Shown: positions 11,493 through 20,298, numbered from the stretch's first letter. The stretch is DNA of 57,758 nucleotides from Gammaproteobacteria bacterium (GCA_038101125.1 JAYNVZ010000003.1:323-58080); one strand, 5' to 3'. Translations and numbers: made by a program. The notes: generated by a model from the sequence alone, not told the origin.

Positions 11493-12515
11493 TTGTATAT
11501 TGAGTTACTAGAAAAATTAAAAAATAATGAGAGTCTAACAAGGGGCGAGTCAAAGAGATTTATCGATTCTGTCTTCACAGGAAAAATTCCAAGTTCTGTT
11601 TTAACAGAGTTTTTGATGTTATTAAACAAGAATGGTTTTGGCTCAGAAGAGCTGACAGGCTTTGCTATTTCCATGAGAGAAGCATCTAATAAGGTTGCTT
11701 TCAATAGAGAAGTAATTGATAACTGTGGTACTGGTGGCGATGGGCATGGCACTTTCAATATATCAACAACAGCTTCATTAATAGCGGCATCAGTTGGAGT
11801 CTATGTTGCTAAACATGGGAACAAAGCAGTAACTAGTAGCTCTGGTAGTGCTGATATTTTAGAAGCATCAGGTATAAATATTAATTTGTCCCCTGAACAG
11901 GTTTCACTCTGTTTAGAAAAAAATAATTTTGGATTTATGTATGCACCATTACATCATTTGTCTATGAAACATGTGGCAGAGTCAAGAAAAACCATATCTC
12001 CAGATAAAACTATATTTAATTTGTTAGGACCCTTAACAAATCCTGCTGGTGCTAGAAAGCAACTCATAGGTGTGTATTCAAAAAAGCTGATGCCAATGAT
12101 GGCAGAAACCCTGGTGAATCTGGATGTTGAAAAAGCTATGATTGTCCATTCAAATGATGGTTTAGATGAGATAAGTATTTTTGATGAGACAAATATTACT
12201 GAAATAAATGGAGATAAAATAAATAATTATACTTTGGACCCTAAAGATTACTTCGATTCAGATTATAAAATGTCGGAAATAATAGTGAGTAATACTGAAG
12301 AGAGTTTAGATGTACTAAATAAAGTAATAGATAATGAGCCTGGAGCAGCCAGAGATATTTCTTTGATAAATGCAGCTGCGCTTATATATATTTCTGGTAA
12401 ATCAAATACGATAGCAGATGCCCTCGATTTATGTAAGGATGCGTTAGAAACAAAGAAAGTCTATAATAAGTTAAAAAACTTAATAAAATATACCAATTTA
12501 TTTAAAGATGCTTGA
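11493..12515 (+). CDS. trpD: anthranilate phosphoribosyltransferase
   Basis: GTGGDG, KHGNKAVTSSSGSADILE. Only in-frame start near the N-terminus is TTG at 11493, 2 nt after the trpG stop. Confidence 0.9.
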   Translation: MYIELLEKLKNNESLTRGESKRFIDSVFTGKIPSSVLTEFLMLLNKNGFGSEELTGFAISMREASNKVAFNREVIDNCGTGGDGHGTFNISTTASLIAASVGVYVAKHGNKAVTSSSGSADILEASGININLSPEQVSLCLEKNNFGFMYAPLHHLSMKHVAESRKTISPDKTIFNLLGPLTNPAGARKQLIGVYSKKLMPMMAETLVNLDVEKAMIVHSNDGLDEISIFDETNITEINGDKINNYTLDPKDYFDSDYKMSEIIVSNTEESLDVLNKVIDNEPGAARDISLINAAALIYISGKSNTIADALDLCKDALETKKVYNKLKNLIKYTNLFKDA

Positions 12516-13287
12516 TAAAATTATCCTTGATAAGACAGATGAAATTAAATTACTAAAGAGTAGTCAAAAACACAGCATTGACGATCTATTATCTATGGAG
12601 TTCAACAAGCGAGATTTCTATAGCTCTTTAAAGAATAAAATAAATTTAGGTAAAAATGCAATAATTGCAGAATTAAAAAAACATTCACCTAGCAAAGGTG
12701 CTTTAAATGAAAATCTGGATATTGCAAACTTCGCTAAGCTTTATGAAGAATCTGGGGCTGCATGTATATCTGTTCTTACTGATCAAAAATACTTTCATGG
12801 CGATATAAGTGATTTGATGACAGCTAAAGAGAATGTGAACATCCCTATTCTGAGAAAAGATTTTATATTAGATGAATCGCAAATTATTCAATCCAAGCTA
12901 ATTGGTGCAGACTGTATATTATTAATCGTAGCTTGTTTATCTAAGGTACAATTTAATGAGCTTGTTGAAATCAGTCGTGAGCTGAACATAGAAATTCTAG
13001 TAGAAGTTCATGATAGAAAAGAATTAGATATTGCGTTAGAATCTAATTGTAAAATTATAGGAATTAATAACAGAAACCTTAAGACATTTGATGTTTCCAT
13101 TGAAACAAGTATAGATCTAAGTGATTTTATAAAAGATGATGACGTTATAGTTATTAGCGAAAGTGGCATAAAGGATTTGGGTACTATCAAAATGTTAAAT
13201 AGTAAAAATATTAACTCGTTTTTAATTGGCGAGAGTCTTATAAAGAGTAATAATCCAAGATCATTATTAAAAAAATTAGTTGGTTGA
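12508..13287 (+). CDS. trpC: indole-3-glycerol-phosphate synthase
   Basis: IIAELKKHSPSKG, ILRKDFI, GINNRNL motifs; overlaps trpD by 8 nt. Confidence 0.92.
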   Translation: MLDKIILDKTDEIKLLKSSQKHSIDDLLSMEFNKRDFYSSLKNKINLGKNAIIAELKKHSPSKGALNENLDIANFAKLYEESGAACISVLTDQKYFHGDISDLMTAKENVNIPILRKDFILDESQIIQSKLIGADCILLIVACLSKVQFNELVEISRELNIEILVEVHDRKELDIALESNCKIIGINNRNLKTFDVSIETSIDLSDFIKDDDVIVISESGIKDLGTIKMLNSKNINSFLIGESLIKSNNPRSLLKKLVG

Positions 13288-13288
13288 T

Positions 13289-13675
13289 ATGAAAAAAACA
13301 TTAGGTATAAAACATTTGGCATTAAAGGTTAAGTATTTCAGAGAATGCTTGTCCTTCTATACTAACATAGTCGGTATGGAGATTGATTGGCAGCCTGATG
13401 ATTCTAATGCTTATTTATCTAACGGAAAAGATAATCTGGCTCTACATGAAGATAAAAATCTTAATCTCGAATCTAGTGATAATAGGCTAGATCATTTTGG
13501 CATTATGTTGACTGATAAGAATCATGTAGATGAATGGTATGATAAAGTACTAGCACTTGATATTGAAATATATAAAAAACCACAAGATCATCGTGACGGA
13601 TCAAGGAGTTTTTATTGTTATGATCCCGACAAAAATATATTGCAGTTTCTATGGCATCCGTCACTTAACAAATAA
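13289..13675 (+). CDS. VOC (glyoxalase/bleomycin-resistance/dioxygenase) family protein
   Basis: About 128 aa with VOC-like pattern IKHLALKV ... GMEI ... DHFGI ... FYCYDPDKNILQF. ATG 13289 lies 1 nt after the trpC stop; the track ORF begins at TTG 13280. Confidence 0.7.
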   Translation: MKKTLGIKHLALKVKYFRECLSFYTNIVGMEIDWQPDDSNAYLSNGKDNLALHEDKNLNLESSDNRLDHFGIMLTDKNHVDEWYDKVLALDIEIYKKPQDHRDGSRSFYCYDPDKNILQFLWHPSLNK

Positions 13676-14424
13676 TGATAAAAAAAATTAGTAACGTCAG
13701 TACAACTTTAATAGTAAATACCTATGATTGCTTCTATTATAGCGATGAACAGGACATTGCTAGCTGCCAAAATAAAATATCAAAAAAATATAATTCGACA
13801 GACTTGCTGGATATTTCTAGAAAAATATCACAAACCATACAAACTGAGATACTTCATGAGTCATCACACAATTTTGAACCTTTTGGAGATAGTGGATCAT
13901 TATTAATTCAAGCAGATCTTAAGTTATACAACTCTGCTACCTTGCATTTAAAGGAAAGCCACATAACTTTTCATACATATATAGAAGATATTTTTGAACA
14001 TTTTGCTATTGTAAGGTTAGAATATCATATTTCATCTTGTTCAGATTCTAATGTATATAATGCACTTAAAGACATAGTCTTAAATAAAAATAATCATAAT
14101 ATTTTTCCTGATTTAGTTTCAGTTGATTTTATTAGAAGAGGTGCGAAATATGGAAACTCTTATAAAGATATTCTATATGATACAAATACTTGGGGTTTTG
14201 AGAATTTTGATAAATATGAGATTTCTTCTGTTACCCAATCTTTGAATACAGAGCATCATACATTTCTTCTAGAGAAAGATAGCATGGTTCAGAAATATCA
14301 ATCAGAACATAATTTTTTCCCTATAGATAAAATCGAAGAACTAAGAAGCTTTCTATTATCTAGTTACAGTGATAGTTCAATAGATCTTAATACTTTTGAC
14401 AAAAAATCTTCGAAAAATAGCTAA
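13675..14424 (+). CDS. AdoMetDC-fold (SpeH/SpeD class 1-like) pyruvoyl proenzyme homologue with C-terminal extension; substrate unknown
   Basis: FEPFGDSGSLLI ... KESHITFHTY ... ISSCSD parallels the class-1 AdoMetDC pattern F.P.G.SG..iiSESHltIHt.PE ... TCG, including the Glu-Ser self-cleavage dipeptide (E94-S95, Ser codon 13957-13959). About 110 extra C-terminal residues. ATG overlaps the VOC stop (TAATG). Confidence 0.5.
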   Translation: MIKKISNVSTTLIVNTYDCFYYSDEQDIASCQNKISKKYNSTDLLDISRKISQTIQTEILHESSHNFEPFGDSGSLLIQADLKLYNSATLHLKESHITFHTYIEDIFEHFAIVRLEYHISSCSDSNVYNALKDIVLNKNNHNIFPDLVSVDFIRRGAKYGNSYKDILYDTNTWGFENFDKYEISSVTQSLNTEHHTFLLEKDSMVQKYQSEHNFFPIDKIEELRSFLLSSYSDSSIDLNTFDKKSSKNS

Positions 14425-15053
14425 AATATCGATGTTAGCTTTTTCATAATTTTAGAAGATATATTCATACCGGTCTTTATTGAATTTGGAATTTCATTTG
14501 ACCCAATTCTTTTCACTGTATCACGATGTTTTTCTTCATCCTTGGATATTTTTTCCAGAAATTCTTTACTTCTAATATCATTTGCGGGAAGCTGTTTCAC
14601 AGATTCTTTTAGATGATCTGATACTTGTTTTTCAGTCTCTTCAATAAAACCTAATTTCCAATCATTTTCTTTTATACCGGCCACTGAACCAAGAACATAA
14701 GACGATAGATACCACAGGGGGTTCAAAATACTTGAGCTACCATTTAATTCTTTCAGCCTCAAGTTGCATAGTTTTAAATGCTCATTTTCTTCATTACATA
14801 TATCATATAATTTCATCTTTAGATTTTGATCTTTTGTATGAGCTGCTTGTCCTCTGTATAACCCTTGTGCACATATTTCGCCCATATGATTTATTCGCAT
14901 TACCCTCTCAGATGCCTTTGATTCATCTTTAGACAAATTTACTTTATTTATACTAGATTTTTCAGGCATATTCCCTTTATTGTATATACAGTCAACAGCA
15001 TACTCTATTTCTTCTATCAAATTATCTAAGGGCGAATAATGTTTAATTTCCAT
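14421..15053 (-). CDS. coq7: demethoxyubiquinone hydroxylase, di-iron Coq7 family
   Basis: GEICAQGLYRGQ plus two carboxylate-bridged di-iron motifs, EENEHL and EEKHRD; 3' end overlaps the preceding convergent ORF by 4 nt. Confidence 0.85.
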   Translation of the reverse strand: MEIKHYSPLDNLIEEIEYAVDCIYNKGNMPEKSSINKVNLSKDESKASERVMRINHMGEICAQGLYRGQAAHTKDQNLKMKLYDICNEENEHLKLCNLRLKELNGSSSILNPLWYLSSYVLGSVAGIKENDWKLGFIEETEKQVSDHLKESVKQLPANDIRSKEFLEKISKDEEKHRDTVKRIGSNEIPNSIKTGMNISSKIMKKLTSIF

Positions 15054-15139
15054 ATGTTTTATTTAAACATCTATCATCTAACCAATAAATAAGTTTTTTT
15101 ATAAATTTCTTGTATACAAGCGGTGATATGCGTAAAATC

Positions 15140-15568
15140 ATGGATACTGTTGAAATGGATAAACATATGAATAATAAAGATTGGTACATAATAGATGCTG
15201 AAAAAGCCGTATTAGGCAGACTTGCTTCAAAAGTTGCAAGTATGCTCAAAGGAAAACATAAGCCAGCATATGCTCCTCATGAAGATCATGGTGATTATGT
15301 AGTTGTTATTAATGCCAAGAACTTAAATGTTACCGGCAATAAAATGGAAGATAAGGTCTATTATAAGCATACCGGATATATAGGTAATATGAAAAAACCT
15401 AACTTAGCTTCAGTTATGGAAAAAAATCCATCTTTCGTGGTAATGAATGCGGTCAAAGGGATGCTCCCAAAGAACCCGCTCGGAAGAAGCATGATCAAAA
15501 AGCTAAAAGTATATAATGATGAACATCATGATCATCATGCTCAAAAACCAAAAAAACTAGAGATTTAA
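15140..15568 (+). CDS. rplM: 50S ribosomal protein L13
   Basis: KDWYIIDAEKAVLGRLAS, GDYVVVINA, YYKHTGYIGN. ATG 15140 gives 142 aa, aligning with the E. coli L13 N-terminus. The track ORF starts at 15110; start uncertain. Confidence 0.92.
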   Translation: MDTVEMDKHMNNKDWYIIDAEKAVLGRLASKVASMLKGKHKPAYAPHEDHGDYVVVINAKNLNVTGNKMEDKVYYKHTGYIGNMKKPNLASVMEKNPSFVVMNAVKGMLPKNPLGRSMIKKLKVYNDEHHDHHAQKPKKLEI

Positions 15569-15569
15569 T

Positions 15570-15956
15570 ATGTATAAAGCCTACGGAACAGGAAGAAGAA
15601 AAACATCAAGTGCAAGAGTGTACTTGAATGAGGGAACTGGTGCTATAACTATCAACTCGCGTGATGTAGATAATTTTGTGCAATCTAAAGCGTTGAAATC
15701 ATATCTATTAGCTCCACTACAGAAGTCTCAATTAGAAGGCAAGATTGATTTGAAAATTAATGTTGCTGGCGGTGGGCCAAGCGGCCAAGTTGGAGCAATT
15801 GTACATGGGTTAACTAGAGCTCTTATAAAATATCAAAGCGACCTACTCCCCATCTTAAGAAGAGAAGGCTTCGTAACAAGAGATGCAAGAAAGGTAGAAA
15901 GAAAGAAAGTTGGTTTAAGAAAAGCTAGAAAAGCTACTCAATTCTCTAAAAGATAA
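15570..15956 (+). CDS. rpsI: 30S ribosomal protein S9
   Basis: GTGRRKTSSARV, GGGPSGQ, C-terminal RKARKATQFSKR. Confidence 0.95.
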   Translation: MYKAYGTGRRKTSSARVYLNEGTGAITINSRDVDNFVQSKALKSYLLAPLQKSQLEGKIDLKINVAGGGPSGQVGAIVHGLTRALIKYQSDLLPILRREGFVTRDARKVERKKVGLRKARKATQFSKR

Positions 15957-16610
15957 TTACATATTTTTGATTCCATCATCACCTGATATTAATAGGTTAT
16001 CGGCGCCTCTCATTGCAAATAAACCGTTAGTTACTACCCCAGGTATATTATTAATTTTCTGCTCTAGCGCCATAGGTTCCAGTATTTCTAGTCCATGAAC
16101 ATCTAGAATTATATTGCCGTTATCAGTAATAAAATCATTTCTATATACCGGTCTACCACCCAATTTTATCATTTCAAGTGCCACCATACTCTGTGACATC
16201 TTGATAACTTCTATTGGTAATGGGAAGCTACCCAGCGTTTTAACATATTTACTGTCATCGATTAAACATAAAAACTTCTCACTAGAATTTGCAATTATTT
16301 TCTCTCGCGTCAAGGCACCGCCACCACCTTTGATTAGCTGTCTTTTATCATTAGACTCATCTGCGCCATCAATATAAAGCGGCAGCATACCTGATTCTCT
16401 TAATTCTATTACTCTTATTTTTTTTTCTTTTACCATTTTAGTGGTTAGTTCTGATGATGAGACTACAGCTTCTATTTTTGATTTTACAGTTTCAAGTTTA
16501 TTTATTAACGCATGGACAGTAGTTCCAGAGCCTATTCCAATGATTTGTCCACTCTCAATATAATCTAAAGCAGCTTCCGCAACTTTATTTTTTTTTTGGT
16601 CCTGGTTCAT
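15957..16610 (-). CDS. rpiA: ribose-5-phosphate isomerase A
   Basis: GIGSGTT, IDGADE, KGGGGALTREK; its stop abuts the rpsI stop with no gap. Confidence 0.93.
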   Translation of the reverse strand: MNQDQKKNKVAEAALDYIESGQIIGIGSGTTVHALINKLETVKSKIEAVVSSSELTTKMVKEKKIRVIELRESGMLPLYIDGADESNDKRQLIKGGGGALTREKIIANSSEKFLCLIDDSKYVKTLGSFPLPIEVIKMSQSMVALEMIKLGGRPVYRNDFITDNGNIILDVHGLEILEPMALEQKINNIPGVVTNGLFAMRGADNLLISGDDGIKNM

Positions 16611-16675
16611 AATTGCTATTTTCCACTAAGTTATATTAATATATGCTGTTATTATACATTATACATAGGCGTCAT

Positions 16676-18202
16676 ATGACAGAAAAGAAACTAAAATCAG
16701 TTTATAATAAAATCAAAACATCTAATGTATATGATGTTGCGACAAAAACACCTCTAGATTTTGCTACTAATTTATCAAAGAAGCTAAATAATGAGATTTT
16801 TATCAAGAGAGATGATCTCCAGCCTGTTTTTTCTTTCAAACTCAGAGGTGCATACCATAAAATCTCTAAATTAAAAAAAAATAAAAATATAGGCACTGTA
16901 ATTGCGGCATCAGCAGGCAATCATGCACAGGGAGTTGCTATGTCCGCGCAAAAATTAGCAATAAATGCTATTATTGTTATGCCTACAACAACGCCTAAAA
17001 TTAAAATAGATGCTGTAAAATCTCTTAAGGCAAATGTAATACTCCATGGTGATACATATGATGACGCATATGATTTTGCTAAGCAAAAAGCAAAAAAAGA
17101 AAAAATTGATTTCATCCATCCATATGATGATCTTGATGTGATAGCTGGTCAAGGCACAATCGCACAGGAGATTATTGATCAGTTAGAGTGTAAACCTGAT
17201 TATATCTTTGTACCAGTTGGTGGCGGAGGTTTAATAGCAGGTATAACTGCGTATATGAGTCATGAAAGTCCAAAAACAAAGATTATTTCAGTTGAGCCAA
17301 ACGATTCTGACTGTTTTAATCAAGCTTTCAAATCTAGAAAAAGAGTCAAGCTTAATAATATAGGTATATTTGCTGATGGTGTAGCAGTAAAACAAATAGG
17401 CCGTCAGACATTTGATCTCACAAAGGATAAAGTTTTTAAATCAATGGTGGTTACCACTGATGAAATTTGCGCTGGAATTAAAGATTTATACGATGAGACA
17501 AGAACGATAGCAGAACCTGCTGGAGCCTTGTCAATTTCAGGTATTAAAAAATTTATTAAATCACATAATATTCAAAATAAAGTTTTTGTTGCTATTTTTT
17601 GCGGCGCTAATATGAATTTTGATAGGTTAAGGCATGTTTCTGAAAGATCTGAAATTGGGGAATTAAATGAAATGCTTCTTGGAGTCACTATCCCTGAAAA
17701 ACCTGGTAGCTTTAAGAAGTTTTGTTCTTTAATTGGTAAAAAATCAATAACTGAGTTTAACTATAGGTATTCAGATCAAAAAAAAGCTCATGTATTTGTT
17801 GGGATTAAGTTATCAAATGGGATTAAAGATAAAAATAAAATCTTGTCTAATCTCAAAACAAATAAATATAAAGTTATTGACCTAACTGATAATGAAGTAG
17901 CCAAGCTACATATAAGATATATGGTTGGAGGTGTATCGAATAGCGCTTCTAATGAAATGATTTTTAGATTTATTTTTCCAGAGAAACCTGGTGAGCTATT
18001 TATTTTCTTAAATGCAGTTGGCAGTAACTGGAATATAAGTCTGTTTCACTATAGAAATCATGGGTCCGACTTTGGAAGAGTGCTGATAGGTATTCAGGTT
18101 GAGCCAAAAGATTTAAGTAGATTACTTAGACACTTAAAGACCCTTAATTACGAGTTTTTTGAAGAAACTAGCAATAAAGCATACCATTTGTTTCTGAGTT
18201 AA
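16676..18202 (+). CDS. ilvA: biosynthetic threonine ammonia-lyase (threonine dehydratase)
   Basis: PLP-lysine motif FSFKLRGA, GGGGLIAG, and two C-terminal regulatory repeats. ATG 16676 chosen; the track ORF has an 11-aa in-frame extension from 16643. Confidence 0.9.
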   Translation: MTEKKLKSVYNKIKTSNVYDVATKTPLDFATNLSKKLNNEIFIKRDDLQPVFSFKLRGAYHKISKLKKNKNIGTVIAASAGNHAQGVAMSAQKLAINAIIVMPTTTPKIKIDAVKSLKANVILHGDTYDDAYDFAKQKAKKEKIDFIHPYDDLDVIAGQGTIAQEIIDQLECKPDYIFVPVGGGGLIAGITAYMSHESPKTKIISVEPNDSDCFNQAFKSRKRVKLNNIGIFADGVAVKQIGRQTFDLTKDKVFKSMVVTTDEICAGIKDLYDETRTIAEPAGALSISGIKKFIKSHNIQNKVFVAIFCGANMNFDRLRHVSERSEIGELNEMLLGVTIPEKPGSFKKFCSLIGKKSITEFNYRYSDQKKAHVFVGIKLSNGIKDKNKILSNLKTNKYKVIDLTDNEVAKLHIRYMVGGVSNSASNEMIFRFIFPEKPGELFIFLNAVGSNWNISLFHYRNHGSDFGRVLIGIQVEPKDLSRLLRHLKTLNYEFFEETSNKAYHLFLS

Positions 18203-18203
18203 A

Positions 18204-18227
18204 AAAAGGCCCCATATGGAGCCTTTT
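18204..18227. terminator. bidirectional intrinsic terminator hairpin between ilvA and the Lys-rich gene
   Basis: AAAAGGCCCC-ATAT-GGAGCCTTTT: 10-bp stem with one C/A mismatch, 4-nt loop, A-run upstream and T-run downstream, so either strand sees a hairpin plus U-tract. Confidence 0.6.
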
Positions 18228-18283
18228 AGTGGTTCAGAGAGCTAATCAAAAATAATTAGCTCAAATCTTCAACAATAATAGAA

Positions 18284-18553
18284 TTATCTTCTACGTTTTG
18301 TTGTTTTTTTCTTCTTTTTAGCAACTTTCTTCTTAGCTTTCTTTTTAGTTACTTTTTTCTTCTTTTTAGCAACTTTCTTCTTAGCTTTCTTCTTAGTAGT
18401 TTTTTTCTTAGCTACTTTTTTCTTAGCTTTCTTCTTAGCTGCTTTACGACGAGTAGTTGTTACCTTTTTCTTAGCAACTTTTTTCTTACTCGCTTTCTTT
18501 TTGGTTACTTTAGTTTTTCTCTTAGCAACCTTTGCTTTTTTCTTTGCTACCAT
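18284..18553 (-). CDS. lysine-rich histone-H1-like basic protein
   Basis: 89 aa with 49 Lys, 6 Arg and no Asp/Glu (my count); AKKK(V)AKKK repeats. GGAGGA 7 nt upstream of the ATG on the minus strand; terminator hairpins downstream. Confidence 0.7.
   Translation of the reverse strand: MVAKKKAKVAKRKTKVTKKKASKKKVAKKKVTTTRRKAAKKKAKKKVAKKKTTKKKAKKKVAKKKKKVTKKKAKKKVAKKKKKTTKRRR
18305..18391. repeat. direct repeat inside the Lys-rich gene (39 nt exact, 48-nt period)
   Basis: 18305-18343 is identical to 18353-18391, checked base by base. This corresponds to a duplicated 16-aa unit, KKKAKKKVAKKKKK(V/T)T. Confidence 0.85.
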
Positions 18554-18712
18554 GGCTGTTTCCTCCGCAGTGTTTGGTATTCTTTTTCAGTTTATTTAGT
18601 TAAATTGAATAAAACAAGTTATTTTTCATTGTTTTTATTTTTTTTTTAAAGTTTTTTTATAGTATTTTGATTTTATTTTTGCTTTTAACAAATATATTTA
18701 TGATTTTTTATT

Positions 18713-19171
18713 TTATTTCTCTTCTAATTTTAAAATATAATCCCAATCTTTCTTTTGTACTTCTGTAATTGATAGTCTATTACCTTTTTGAACAACTCTC
18801 ATATCTTTTAATTTTTTATGAGACTTTAATTCACTTAATGTTATTATTTTTTTTAGTTTTCGCTTATATTTAACATCTACCATTAACCATGTTGGGCTCT
18901 CTTTTTTGCTCTTAACATCATAATACTTAGCTTTTTTATCAAATGCCGTATGATCTGGATAAGGCTTAGAGTTGATTGTCATTAATCCATATATACCAGG
19001 GACTTCACAATTTGAATGGTAAAAAAAAGCTTGATCTCCAATCTTCATGTCATCTCTAATCATGTTCCTTACTTGATAATTCCTAATGCCATCCCAAGGT
19101 TCAGTCTTATCTCTTTTTAGATCATCGATATTGTAGTCTTCAGGTTCATTTTTCATGAGCCAAAACTTCAT
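18713..19171 (-). CDS. EVE (PUA-like) domain protein
   Basis: N-terminal MKFWLMKNEPEDY, WDGIRNYQVRN, FFYHSN, typical of the EVE/thymocyte-nuclear-protein-like family; ATGA overlap with the zapA stop. Confidence 0.8.
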   Translation of the reverse strand: MKFWLMKNEPEDYNIDDLKRDKTEPWDGIRNYQVRNMIRDDMKIGDQAFFYHSNCEVPGIYGLMTINSKPYPDHTAFDKKAKYYDVKSKKESPTWLMVDVKYKRKLKKIITLSELKSHKKLKDMRVVQKGNRLSITEVQKKDWDYILKLEEK

Positions 19172-19458
19172 CTTTCGCCACCAATCTCTAGTAGTGATTG
19201 TTGTAAATCATTTATTTCGTCTGATACATTAGCAAATTCTTTTAAATCATCTTCCTGTTTAAGAAAAGAGCTAACAATATTCAGTGCTGTCATGACAGCT
19301 ACTTTATCTTTAGACATTGACGGTACATTCTTTTTAATCTCTGACATTTTTATGTCCAAATATGCTGCAGATTTCTGAAGAAGATCAATTTCAGATTTAT
19401 TACATTTAATTTTGTATTCTTGATCCATCACCGATATTGTTATTTGTTCTTGATCCAT
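19168..19458 (-). CDS. zapA: cell division protein ZapA
   Basis: About 96 aa. The N-terminus ..ITISVMDQEYKIKC and the AVMTALNI region align with E. coli ZapA. ATG 19458 lies 4 nt after the upstream ORF stop; the track ORF starts at TTG 19470. Confidence 0.75.
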   Translation of the reverse strand: MDQEQITISVMDQEYKIKCNKSEIDLLQKSAAYLDIKMSEIKKNVPSMSKDKVAVMTALNIVSSFLKQEDDLKEFANVSDEINDLQQSLLEIGGER

Positions 19459-19462
19459 TATA

Positions 19463-19669
19463 TTAACCAATATTCTTTATGCGTTCTAGGATAGCTTCTA
19501 TCTGTTCTTTTGCAGCCTCATTTTTTTTAACAAGTTCTGCTTTTTCCGATACCAGATACTCCTGTTGTTTCTGCAGCAGTGAGTTTTCAATTTTAATCTT
19601 TTTCATATTCTCTTTGATATTATCAATAGATGCTCTTAGATCTTGCAGTTGTTCGCCTATTTTTGTCAT
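19463..19669 (-). CDS. small coiled-coil protein upstream of zapA (ZapB-like / TIGR02449-type)
   Basis: 68 aa with heptad-like Leu/Glu/Lys composition; the position directly upstream of zapA is conserved in many gammaproteobacteria. Confidence 0.5.
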   Translation of the reverse strand: MTKIGEQLQDLRASIDNIKENMKKIKIENSLLQKQQEYLVSEKAELVKKNEAAKEQIEAILERIKNIG

Positions 19670-19755
19670 AATCTACCATTAAAAATCATTTATTTAGAGA
19701 CATATATTATAATGTTTCTATAATAGATAATCTATCAACTATTTTAAAAGAAACA

Positions 19756-20298
19756 ATGAATAATTTAGAAAATAAACTTGAAACACATCTATCTTCTATT
19801 GATAGTTCTTTTACCATTGTTGAAGCACTCGGCTATTTAACTGGATTTGCTTCATCAAACTGTGACTTTAACTCTTATAAAGAAGGTTTGATCACATATT
19901 TTAATTCTGACTCTTTAGAAAAATCACTTAATCTTGATATTGATCTTATTGAAAGCAATATTGATAATATTAGAGAAAATATTAAAACTGATGTTTCAAT
20001 CTTATTTTTTAATGACGAACCAGATTTATCAGCAAGACTACTATCTTTATCTGACTGGATTAGAAGCTATATCGTCAGTATAAATTATCTATGCACTAAT
20101 AAACTTTTAAAAAATACTTTAACACTTCAAGAAATATTGCATGATTTTTCAGAGATAACGAAGGTCAGTACTGATTATGACTTAGATGATGATAATCAAG
20201 TATTAGAGAAGAGCTATCAAGAAATTAGCGATTATGTTATTGCATCTATATCTCATATTTATAATGAATCTAATGAGGAGGCTTACACCAATGAGTAA
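19756..20298 (+). CDS. ygfB: UPF0149 family protein YgfB
   Basis: 180-aa acidic protein in the conserved ygfB-pepP-ubiH-ubiI position, divergent from zapA; EALGYLTG motif. Confidence 0.7.
   Translation: MNNLENKLETHLSSIDSSFTIVEALGYLTGFASSNCDFNSYKEGLITYFNSDSLEKSLNLDIDLIESNIDNIRENIKTDVSILFFNDEPDLSARLLSLSDWIRSYIVSINYLCTNKLLKNTLTLQEILHDFSEITKVSTDYDLDDDNQVLEKSYQEISDYVIASISHIYNESNEEAYTNE

Noticed and set aside
16643-16675. Leu/Ile-rich peptide MLLLYIIHRRH upstream of ilvA, which resembles an ilv attenuator leader peptide.
   Set aside because: It is in frame with ilvA and has no intervening stop, and no terminator or antiterminator hairpins follow it. It is more simply an alternative upstream in-frame start in AT-rich sequence.
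18239-18262. A second perfect 8-bp hairpin, GAGCTAAT-N8-ATTAGCTC, just downstream of the Lys-rich gene.
   Set aside because: No U-tract follows it on either strand, so it is not a stand-alone intrinsic terminator. It probably acts, if at all, together with the adjacent bidirectional hairpin at 18204-18227.
18554-18712. Possible 6S RNA (ssrS) downstream of the zapA-EVE string, where the usual zapA-ssrS synteny would suggest one.
   Set aside because: The gap is only 159 nt and is extremely AT-rich with long homopolymer runs. I could see no long closing stems or central bubble. It must also hold the promoter and leader of the Lys-rich gene. A covariance-model search would be needed to be sure.
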